Assembly (NCBI GenBank): GCA_038248565.1 | Contig: JBBRXH010000001.1 | Coordinates: 1-33,048, forward strand | Source of the DNA: Peptostreptococcales bacterium | GTDB taxonomy: Bacteria; Bacillota; Clostridia; Peptostreptococcales; Anaerovoracaceae | Length of the DNA: 33,048 bases | Reading direction: 5' to 3' | Part shown: positions 25,816 to 33,048 of the stretch, piece after piece | Position numbering within the stretch: the stretch's first letter is position 1 | Layout of the letters: each line of letters starts with the position of its first letter | The notes under the pieces: model-generated | The model's input: only the letters and a program-made list of their open reading frames with translations | Told to the model about the DNA's origin: nothing | Database searches by the model: none | Translations under genes and position numbers: made by a program

Positions 25816-28800
25816 TTACCAGATCTTTCCCAAAACCTTTTCAACAAATACCTTTGCGATCTTGGGATCAAATTGAGTTCCCGCGCACCTTCTTATTTCA
25901 TCAGCAGCTTCGGTCTCGCTTAATAAGCTTCCGTAGGCACGCTCGCCAGTCATGGCATCAAAAGCATCAGCAACTGATATAATCCTTGCCTGCATTGATA
26001 TTTGATCATTTTTCAAGCCTTTGGGATATCCGGTTCCATCCCATTTTTCCTGATGCTGCAGAACATATTCTGCGATCTCTGAAAATTCATTCACTGAGCT
26101 TAAGATTCTATAGCCAATTTCCGAATGCTTCTTAATCTCTTCCCACTCACTCTCATCCAGCTTTCCAGCTTTGTTGAGTATATTGTCACTGATCCCTATT
26201 TTGCCAATATCATGCATAAGGCCGGCTATTCTAATTTGATTGACGTCATCCCAACTATACCCCAAATGTTTCGCGAGTAATTCGCATAAATCCCCGACTC
26301 TTTTGGAATGATTCATCTCCCTGTTGTTTTTTTCATAAAGCGTGCCCATTATGAGATTGATAGTCTGGCTTCTCATACTTGCGCTTTCATAAAGCTTGTG
26401 CCGATACATATGGTCTTCGGCCAGTTTTAGAAGCTCCCGAATATCTTGAGCTTCACTTTTCTTTGTTTCATAGCCAAAGGAAATAGAAAGGGCAATATTG
26501 CCTACCCTATACTCTAATAAATTGCTTTGAATGCGGTTTATGAGATTCTCCGCTTCCGTTGAATCTGTTTTAGGAAGTATTATAACAAACTCATCCCCGC
26601 CAAGTCTGGCAACGATATCGTCTGACCTGCATCCATCGGATATTGCCTTAGCTGCTTTCCTTAATAATTCATCGCCTACATCGTGTCCGAAAGAATCATT
26701 GATAAGCTTCAGTCCATTGACATCGGCCATGACAATAGTGATTGGCATATTTCTTGGTGTATCATATCTGCTGAGTTCTTCTTCAAAGAACCTTCGGTTA
26801 TAAAGCCCGGTGAGATAATCGTGGTAGCTCAAATGTTTTATCGCTTCGATTTTCTCAAGTCTCTCCGTACAATCTTTGAAAACTATTACGACGCCCGCGT
26901 TTTCTCCATTCTCCTGAACAATCGGCGCTGCACTGTCTTCAATGGGGCGCCTTATTCCATTTTTCGAGACCAGTATGGTATGGTTTTCAAGTTCCTGTAT
27001 TTTGCCGCTTCGAATTACTTTTTCGGCGATATTTTGGCTCTTTTCTCCGGTAACTTCGTTAACGACATTAAATACTTCCTCTATAGATTTCCCCTTCGCT
27101 TCTTCCTCTACCCAACCTGTTAGGTTTTCCGCAGCAGGGTTAATCAATAATATTGCTCCATTTTTATCACAGGAGATGACTCCGTCGCCAACCGACATTA
27201 AGGTGGCTTCCAGTAATTTTGTTTTGTTATGTAGATTAAGCTCTAGTTGCTTGCGCTCTGTTATATTTCTGGCAATTCCGAACAATCCGATCAGTTCATT
27301 GTCTTTATTGAATACCGGGCCTTTAGTGCTTAAGAAAGAAGTGGTATTGCCGGAAGCGTCGGTTACTGCCTCTTCATAGGTCATCGTCTCCCTTGCCTCC
27401 AGCACCTTTTGGTCTCCAGCCATCACCGCCTTCGCTTCATGCGCTGGAAATAATGCCATATCGTCTTTATCAAGGACTTCCTCTGCCGTTTTACCAACGA
27501 CTTTTTCAGCGCCCTTATTGAACAGCAAATACTTTCCCGAGGTATCTTTGATATAAATGGCATCTGTTGTGTTGTCAAGCAAAGACTTCATCAGCTCTCT
27601 ATTCTGGGCAAGTTCAATTTCTAATTGCTGTTGGATGGTTATATCCTTTAAGATGCAGTGTGTTTGCTTGAATTCGCCGCCTTCGTTATAGCCGATCTTT
27701 CCATCGAAAGCAATAAATAGTTTCTCTCCATTTTTATGAACCATCTCGAATTCGCTGTGGATATGCCCTTGCGCTTTGAATAGTGGAAAGCGTTTTCTGA
27801 ATCCATCCTGATATAAAGGGGAGAGGAAATCTCCAAACCACTTTCCGATAACCTCATCTCGGTCATAGCCCAGCATAGTAAGCCACTGCTGATTCACATC
27901 AATGAAACACCCATCAATATCCAGGGATTGATAGCCAAGAGGTGCTTTATCAAAGAGCATTCTAAATTTTTCTTCACTTTGAATGAGCATTTTTTCAGCT
28001 TCTACGCGCTCCGTTATATCCTGAAATGATCCCTGAATATATTTTACAATACCATCTTCCCCTATAGGATTTCCTATAGACTGAACCCAGCGGCTGTTTC
28101 CTAAGGCTGTTATAACTTCCCATACCTGATTATAGGATTCCCCAAATCTAATGGCTCTATCGATTCCTTCCAAAGCCATTGCTCTATAGGGCGGCGCTAT
28201 GAAATCAATCCCTTCAGGAACCTTTGGTTCGCCATGCGTCGTATCAATCTCAAGTATTCGGAAGGTTTCCTCAGTCCATGTCTGATCAAAGGTCTGTGTA
28301 TTGAATTGAAATCCTCCTATTTTTCCAGCCATTTCTGTCTGTTTGAGTAAATTCTGATTTTTTAACAAATCAGCCTCAAGCTGTTTTTTATCTGAAATAT
28401 CGGTATGAGTCCCACTGGTCATTAATGGCTTTCCATCAGGTGTCCAGGTGTTTACCCTTCCTCTTCCATTAATCCATACCCAGTGCCCATCCTTATGCTT
28501 CATTCTAAATTCAATATCGTACTGCTCTTTTATATTTTCAAACAACTGATCGATATCTATTTGAACTCTGATCATATCCTCAGGGTGGCTGTTTTTTCTC
28601 CAGGTGTCTATACTAAGCGGAGAGAGCTCTTCTATGGTGTAACCTATCATTTCCGCCCAGCGTTCATTGATTACCTCTTCGCCGGTTTGGGCATTGAGCT
28701 CCCATGTCCCCACGTTAGCTCCCGCAATTACATTTTTGTATCTATTTTCAATCTTTTCAAGTTCTAATAATCGGATCTTTTCTTCGCTGATATCTGTGAA

Positions 28801-29142
28801 CCATGTAACGAAATAGCAACTTTCGGGAGAATAGGCTTTTATTTTATAGTATCTATTCAGGGTCTCTGAATACTGTATGAATTCTTTCTCCTGTCCCCCT
28901 AATGCTACATCGCCATAGAAGCTGATCCAGTCAAACTCATCTTTCCTGATATTTGGTATTACATCTGTAATTCTTTTACCTACAATCTCATTCCCTTTAA
29001 GCCCTGTAAATAGTTCAAAGGCTTCATTGACCTCTAAGTATTCGTAGTCGCAGGGGATACCTTCAGCGTCGCAAATAATCCTGTGGTAGGCAAACCCAAT
29101 CGGTGATTCTTTAATAAGTTTTTGATAGAGATACTCATTCAT
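25816..29142 (-). CDS. Multi-PAS (about six PAS/PAC modules) - GGDEF - HD-GYP hybrid c-di-GMP signalling protein
   Basis: 1108 aa.
- Repeated PAS-type blocks up to about residue 765.
- GGDEF at residues 847-851 (26590..26604), preceded by an RSDD I-site.
- C-terminal HD (MHDIGKIGI) and HQEKWDGTGYP.
RBS AAGAGGAAAG. Confidence 0.9.
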   Translation of the reverse strand: MNEYLYQKLIKESPIGFAYHRIICDAEGIPCDYEYLEVNEAFELFTGLKGNEIVGKRITDVIPNIRKDEFDWISFYGDVALGGQEKEFIQYSETLNRYYKIKAYSPESCYFVTWFTDISEEKIRLLELEKIENRYKNVIAGANVGTWELNAQTGEEVINERWAEMIGYTIEELSPLSIDTWRKNSHPEDMIRVQIDIDQLFENIKEQYDIEFRMKHKDGHWVWINGRGRVNTWTPDGKPLMTSGTHTDISDKKQLEADLLKNQNLLKQTEMAGKIGGFQFNTQTFDQTWTEETFRILEIDTTHGEPKVPEGIDFIAPPYRAMALEGIDRAIRFGESYNQVWEVITALGNSRWVQSIGNPIGEDGIVKYIQGSFQDITERVEAEKMLIQSEEKFRMLFDKAPLGYQSLDIDGCFIDVNQQWLTMLGYDRDEVIGKWFGDFLSPLYQDGFRKRFPLFKAQGHIHSEFEMVHKNGEKLFIAFDGKIGYNEGGEFKQTHCILKDITIQQQLEIELAQNRELMKSLLDNTTDAIYIKDTSGKYLLFNKGAEKVVGKTAEEVLDKDDMALFPAHEAKAVMAGDQKVLEARETMTYEEAVTDASGNTTSFLSTKGPVFNKDNELIGLFGIARNITERKQLELNLHNKTKLLEATLMSVGDGVISCDKNGAILLINPAAENLTGWVEEEAKGKSIEEVFNVVNEVTGEKSQNIAEKVIRSGKIQELENHTILVSKNGIRRPIEDSAAPIVQENGENAGVVIVFKDCTERLEKIEAIKHLSYHDYLTGLYNRRFFEEELSRYDTPRNMPITIVMADVNGLKLINDSFGHDVGDELLRKAAKAISDGCRSDDIVARLGGDEFVIILPKTDSTEAENLINRIQSNLLEYRVGNIALSISFGYETKKSEAQDIRELLKLAEDHMYRHKLYESASMRSQTINLIMGTLYEKNNREMNHSKRVGDLCELLAKHLGYSWDDVNQIRIAGLMHDIGKIGISDNILNKAGKLDESEWEEIKKHSEIGYRILSSVNEFSEIAEYVLQHQEKWDGTGYPKGLKNDQISMQARIISVADAFDAMTGERAYGSLLSETEAADEIRRCAGTQFDPKIAKVFVEKVLGKIW

Positions 29143-29202
29143 GATGCTTTCCTCTTTGCGCCCGAATATTTTGAACGGTTTGCCTTGATATTGATGATAT
29201 TA

Positions 29203-29231
29203 ATTCTATTATTCTTTTTCATGAATTGCAA
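29203..29231 (-). promoter_or_regulatory. Promoter candidate for the multi-PAS signalling gene
   Basis: Minus strand TTGCAA (29231..29226), 17-nt spacer, TAGAAT (29208..29203). Confidence 0.45.
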
Positions 29232-29262
29232 ACTTATTTTAAATGGAGATATAGCGATTCGT

Positions 29263-30267
29263 TCACACTCTTTTTCTTTTGAATTTGGTTATGAAATATC
29301 CTGCCAAACCAGCAAATACAAGCGTAAGCAATCCACCGACTATGCCGGAAGTACTTGTTCCCACCAAGCCCGGACTATTTCCACTAAAATTTTTAAAATT
29401 GTAATCAGGCAGGAACGCTAATTTCTCCTGAATGCTGCCAAAGAATCGATGTATCCCATCCTGCCCGGCAAGTTCCGGAGATCCTGTGACATTAGTTATT
29501 GCCCATTCCAGTCCATCTGGGTTTTCTGATGCGAACCAGGATAAGAAGCCTCCGGTTATTAGCGTAAGAATAACCAAACCCACAAGAATTCTTCCGGTTG
29601 AACTCTTAACCATCTTCTCCGCGTTTAGGGCATTTTCAATGATATCAGGGCTATATTTATAAATAAAGCTGAGTATTGAGGCTACCACAATGCCTTCAAC
29701 AAGACCAATAGCAAGGTGAATCGGCTGCATTAGGGCAACAAATGCCATGAAGGGCAACTCAGTTTTTCCCGATGCCAGTGTTTCGACAACCACACCAAAG
29801 GCACCAAGCTGAAGCCCTACAATAACCGCAATGATAGTCCCGAGTGTTATCGTCCTCGGATTGATCGCTTTTTTTAAAATCGGCTTAAAAATCAGCGGAT
29901 ACGCAACAAAACAGGTGAAGAATCCCATATTGAATATGTTGCACCCGAGAGCGAGCAGTCCGCCATCTCCAAAAAATAAGGCCTGAATCAGTAAAACCGA
30001 AGTAATAACCAAAAACCCAGCATAAGGGCCAAGTAGCGCAGCCAATAATATACCGCCTCCCATATGTCCGCTGGATCCGGTTACTGGTATTGTAAAATTG
30101 ATCATTTGCGCAGAGAATACAAAGGCACCCATGACCCCCATTAATGGGATCTTTTTTTCTTCAAGGCCATCTTTTAGTTTGTTTACTGAATACGCCAACG
30201 TACCTGTGCTGGCTGCAAGCATTATGCCTCCAACTGCCGGTGAAATTAAAGCGTCTGCCATATGCAT
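29263..30267 (-). CDS. CbiM/NikM-family ECF-type metal (Co/Ni) transporter substrate component fused to a C-terminal PDGLE domain
   Basis: 334 aa. N-terminus MHMADALIS (compare the MHIPDG of NikM). GSSGHMGGG block and multiple TM segments. C-terminal ENPDGLEWA (PDGLE motif) plus a final TM. RBS GGAGG. Confidence 0.8.
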   Translation of the reverse strand: MHMADALISPAVGGIMLAASTGTLAYSVNKLKDGLEEKKIPLMGVMGAFVFSAQMINFTIPVTGSSGHMGGGILLAALLGPYAGFLVITSVLLIQALFFGDGGLLALGCNIFNMGFFTCFVAYPLIFKPILKKAINPRTITLGTIIAVIVGLQLGAFGVVVETLASGKTELPFMAFVALMQPIHLAIGLVEGIVVASILSFIYKYSPDIIENALNAEKMVKSSTGRILVGLVILTLITGGFLSWFASENPDGLEWAITNVTGSPELAGQDGIHRFFGSIQEKLAFLPDYNFKNFSGNSPGLVGTSTSGIVGGLLTLVFAGLAGYFITKFKRKRV

Positions 30268-30337
30268 TGCATTTCCTCCAAATTTTTATTTTATGCTTAT
30301 TGCTGACAACTGAATCAATACTTTGATTAGATACGGA

Positions 30338-30421
30338 CTATCCCTTGACTATATTTTTGCCTTCCGCTTTCGCCTCATATAACTTTTTATCTGCATTATC
30401 GATGAGTTCATCAAGGGTCAT
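30338..30421 (-). pseudogene. 27-codon relic of the C-terminal end of a GGDEF domain
   Basis: The minus strand reads MTLDELIDNADKKLYEAKAEGKNIVKG*, which matches the conserved end of GGDEF domains (ADxALYxAKxxGKNxV). A stop lies 3 codons upstream of the ATG, and no RBS is evident. Confidence 0.55.
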
Positions 30422-30468
30422 TTCGTTTTGTTATAGCAACATTGGCTAAAAGGGTTAAGATTGGAATA

Positions 30469-32040
30469 CTAACTGCTTTTTTCATTTCTCTCTATAAACA
30501 TTTCTTCAGTCCAGTAAGGCGTCACAAGACCAATATCCCGTAATGAAATAAAGCCTTCTTTTCCATCAGTTTTATTATAGTGGGTCAGTGCGGCAAAGAT
30601 GTATTTTCTTCCCGCAAGAATAATCGGTACATTGACAAAGACAAGCAGGATATTCATCAGGTCCGCTAAGTACCAAATATTCCCCAGTTGAAGATCGGCC
30701 AGAACGGTTAGAACCCCAAAGGGTACAAAGATCAGTGAGCCAAGTACACGAATACCCATGATGAATTTTTTATCGCGGGAAATCATATTGGCGCTGATTT
30801 CTGCAAATACGATCATGCCAATTAGAGTCGTAAAGGCGAAGAGGGCGTAACAAAGGGATAATATTACCTGTACTACGCCGTCCATGGAGACTCCAGGTAC
30901 AAGATGCTGCGCCGAGAGCATAAAGACGCCAAGCTTATTGTCTCTGATGCTTTCCCAGGCAACGCCGCCATCCCCCGTCCAGAGCTGAGCCATAACAACC
31001 ACAAATCCTGCCATTGAGCATATAATGAATGAGTCAAAGAATACACCCATGGATTGGACCAATCCCTGCTCTACAGGATGCTTATTGCTTGCAGCTGAAG
31101 CAGCCATGGTGATAGTCCCCTGTCCCGCTTCATTGGCCATGAGCCCTCTTTTAATACCCTGCTGGAGTGCAACCCCAAAGGCTCCACCAAAGATCGCTTC
31201 CGGTGTGAAAGCCCCGCTAATAACCGCTGTAAAGAAATAGGGAATAAGCTTATAGTTTATTATAATTAAGAGAATAACCAATCCGCAGTACACTACAGCC
31301 ATGATCGGCACGACGATGTCTGTAAACTTGGTAACGCGCTTCATACCGCCAAGAACAAGGGCTGCGATTGAGATGATAAGAAATACTCCGATGACATAAT
31401 ATAGTCCTGAGGTTCGATCAAAAGTGGTATTTGCTAAAGTGTCTGCCACTGAGCCCAAGGCTGTGAAAAGATGAAAGGTTTGACTTGGTACATTAAATAG
31501 GGCGTATACGATGAAAAGAATGGATAGCGAAATACCAATCCATTTTTTATTGCCGAGTATTTTCATGCCATAAAAGGGAAGACCTCCAACATATTCTTTT
31601 TCCTTTTTTTCCTTGAATAGTTGGGCAAGAACTGCCTCTGAAAAGCCTGTCGCCATACCAAAGAATGCCATGACATACATCCAAAAAAGTGCCCCAGGAC
31701 CCCCAACAGATACCGCACCTGTCACGCCCATAATATTCCCCGGGCCAACGCGCATAGCTGAGCTCAGCATGAATGCTGCAAAAGGCGTAATACCTATTTC
31801 CGTAGCTTTCCTGTCAGCAACGATACTAATACTGCGCCCAAATCTTTTAATCTGTACTGCTCCAGTTTTAGTAGTGAAATAAACGCCAGCGCCGACCAGA
31901 ATTAATATGGCCAGAGAAAACTTGCCTAAAATTGGAATGTTCGCATATGCTGGAAAATTAGTTGGAAAATCCCATAAAAAATCTGAAATTGGCACTATAA
32001 AAGCAAAGATATTGTTGACGCCCTCAAAAATTTGATTCAT
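30469..32040 (-). CDS. Alanine/glycine:cation symporter (AGCS family)
   Basis: 523 aa, polytopic, with AGCS-type blocks (QGIKRGLMANEAGQGT, VGPGNIMGVTGA). RBS AGGAGG. Confidence 0.88.
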   Translation of the reverse strand: MNQIFEGVNNIFAFIVPISDFLWDFPTNFPAYANIPILGKFSLAILILVGAGVYFTTKTGAVQIKRFGRSISIVADRKATEIGITPFAAFMLSSAMRVGPGNIMGVTGAVSVGGPGALFWMYVMAFFGMATGFSEAVLAQLFKEKKEKEYVGGLPFYGMKILGNKKWIGISLSILFIVYALFNVPSQTFHLFTALGSVADTLANTTFDRTSGLYYVIGVFLIISIAALVLGGMKRVTKFTDIVVPIMAVVYCGLVILLIIINYKLIPYFFTAVISGAFTPEAIFGGAFGVALQQGIKRGLMANEAGQGTITMAASAASNKHPVEQGLVQSMGVFFDSFIICSMAGFVVVMAQLWTGDGGVAWESIRDNKLGVFMLSAQHLVPGVSMDGVVQVILSLCYALFAFTTLIGMIVFAEISANMISRDKKFIMGIRVLGSLIFVPFGVLTVLADLQLGNIWYLADLMNILLVFVNVPIILAGRKYIFAALTHYNKTDGKEGFISLRDIGLVTPYWTEEMFIERNEKSS

Positions 32041-32090
32041 TACATTTCCTCCTAAATTTTTCTTGAATTAAACCTTCGTACTATTTTTTA

Positions 32091-32119
32091 ATTATATTAA
32101 ATTCCTTGATAATTAGCAA
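32091..32119 (-). promoter_or_regulatory. Promoter candidate for the AGCS symporter gene
   Basis: Minus strand TTGCTA (32119..32114), 17-nt spacer, TATAAT (32096..32091). Confidence 0.45.
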
Positions 32120-32121
32120 AT

Positions 32122-32161
32122 AAAAAGCCATCCTAATGATTGCCTCTTTAGGATGGCTTTT
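32122..32161 (-). terminator. Intrinsic terminator after the CDGSH gene
   Basis: 11-bp stem AGCCATCCTAA (32126..32136) / TTAGGATGGCT (32148..32158). On the minus strand it is followed by TTTTTATTT. Confidence 0.75.
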
Positions 32162-32200
32162 GGAACGCTAGGATTTGCTTTCTACGTAATTAATCCTGGC

Positions 32201-32452
32201 TCACAAAATAACTGTGGGGCTTTCGTGGGATCCATCACAATAAGGTGTCTTCTTAGTTTTCTTACATGAGCAAAGGAATGCTGTTTTATCTTCATTTACA
32301 GTAAATTCTAGAGGACTAAATGATGATCCAACATGTGATCCGTCACAAAACGGCTCCTTTGCAGTTTTACCGCAAGTACACCAAGAATAGGTCTCGCCTG
32401 TTTTGAGTTCTACAGCTATTGGCATTTGCTGGACTTTTTTTGATTTATCCAT
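32201..32452 (-). CDS. CDGSH iron-sulfur domain protein (two CDGSH [2Fe-2S] motifs)
   Basis: 83 aa from the ATG at 32452 (AAAGGAGTG 7 nt upstream). CTCGKTAKEPFCDGSH and CSCKKTKKTPYCDGSH. Confidence 0.9.
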   Translation of the reverse strand: MDKSKKVQQMPIAVELKTGETYSWCTCGKTAKEPFCDGSHVGSSFSPLEFTVNEDKTAFLCSCKKTKKTPYCDGSHESPTVIL

Positions 32453-32516
32453 AATAATCACTCCTTTAATAGTTGCCATTTAAAGAAATATTAGCCATTA
32501 TTTTCCCGGTGAATTA

Positions 32517-32544
32517 ATTATATTCCTTATTCTTGCAATGTCAA
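32517..32544 (-). promoter_or_regulatory. Near-consensus promoter for the CDGSH gene
   Basis: Minus strand TTGACA (32544..32539), 16-nt spacer, TATAAT (32522..32517). Confidence 0.5.
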
Positions 32545-32621
32545 TTTGCCTATTCTGTTTTACTCGATCCAATATATCCTGCTCCTATAATAGTGCTCTC
32601 ATGCTCTATAGTCCAATAATT

Positions 32622-33048
32622 TCAAACTTTAAGCGAGCAACGAAACCCTCTGGCGCTATAATAAGACTCTGCACCATTATGGTATACAAAGACAGTGTCG
32701 TAACGACGATCACAAAAAATGGCTCCACCGTGTTTCCTAATATTATCAGGCGTTTTTACCCAACTTGATGTTTTTGTATCGAAGCTCCCAAATTTCTGTA
32801 ACTCTCGATAGAGTTCTTCCGTTAAAATCTCAATGCCCATATTAGAAGCCATATCAATTGCGTTGTTTTGCGGTTTATTTTCTTTTCTTCCTTCCAATGC
32901 TTCACGGTCATAACAAACATTCCTGCGGCCATTTGGGCTTTCCGCTGAACAATCAAAAAAAGTATAGTCGTCTGAATTGTTATTATAAGAAATGACATCG
33001 GGCTCCCCACCGGATATTTCCATTTCGTATAATGCGCTGAGTTTTTCA
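32622..33048 (-). CDS. DUF4256-family protein, C-terminal part (5' end outside the window)
   Basis: The frame stays open to the window edge (…KLSALYEMEISGGEPDV…). GGEPDV, FFDCSAESPNGRRNVCYD, MGIEILTEE, TKTSSWVKTP and YHNGAESYY match my recollection of DUF4256. Confidence 0.7.
   Translation of the reverse strand, partial: EKLSALYEMEISGGEPDVISYNNNSDDYTFFDCSAESPNGRRNVCYDREALEGRKENKPQNNAIDMASNMGIEILTEELYRELQKFGSFDTKTSSWVKTPDNIRKHGGAIFCDRRYDTVFVYHNGAESYYSARGFRCSLKV

Noticed and set aside
30268-30337. Looked for a cobalamin or NiCo riboswitch upstream of the NikM/CbiM-like gene.
   Set aside because: The leader is short. It shows only a 6-bp AATCAA/TTGATT hairpin and no B12-box-like sequence. The rest of the spacer is the GGDEF relic.
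32041-32121. Possible second glycine riboswitch in front of the AGCS (alanine/glycine) symporter.
   Set aside because: Only about 50 nt lie between the predicted -10 and the ATG, and there are no GGAGAG / CACCGAAGGGGCAA blocks.

Overview
The window is chromosomal DNA from a low-GC anaerobic Firmicute, probably Clostridia; that assignment is inferred from gene content and Shine-Dalgarno usage. I found no transposase, integrase, CRISPR array or rRNA.

Layout:
- 1..1706: the 3' part of hcp and a CsoR-family repressor.
- 1703..6590 (minus): a complete selenocysteine-decoding locus, tRNA-Sec, selD, selA, selB and a small HesB-like gene. Two of these genes contain in-frame UGA codons that break or hide them in the ORF track. 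The HesB-like selenoprotein gene (1703..2002) is absent from the track, and selD really starts at 6467 with Sec at codon 18.
- 6740..8474: a small DMT-type membrane protein and metY.
- 8483..15855 (minus): one long operon, lplA-lipA-gcvT-gcvH-gcvPA-gcvPB-PGDH, behind a tandem glycine riboswitch with an intrinsic terminator.
- 15987..17361: a CoA-binding protein and a GDP-mannose-3,5-epimerase-like gene.
- 17484..19718: an operon with a LexA box, encoding a UmuC-like Y-family polymerase, an overlapping 87-aa unknown ORF and an SRAP/YedK protein.
- 19701..21506: a decayed MerR/TipAL gene, a GC-rich Smr gene and a QueG-like Fe-S protein.
- 21665..23288: msrBA and wrbA.
- 23329..29142: three c-di-GMP signalling genes.
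- 29263..33048: a NikM/CbiM-PDGLE fusion, a GGDEF relic, an AGCS symporter, a CDGSH protein and a partial DUF4256 gene.

The best leads are the hidden selenoproteins and the self-contained Sec operon, the CsoR-family regulator that lacks the Cu-ligand His, the riboswitch-controlled lipoylation/glycine-cleavage operon, and the uncharacterised small ORF coupled to the SOS polymerase.

All calls come from reading the sequence and recalling protein families. No database search was run.
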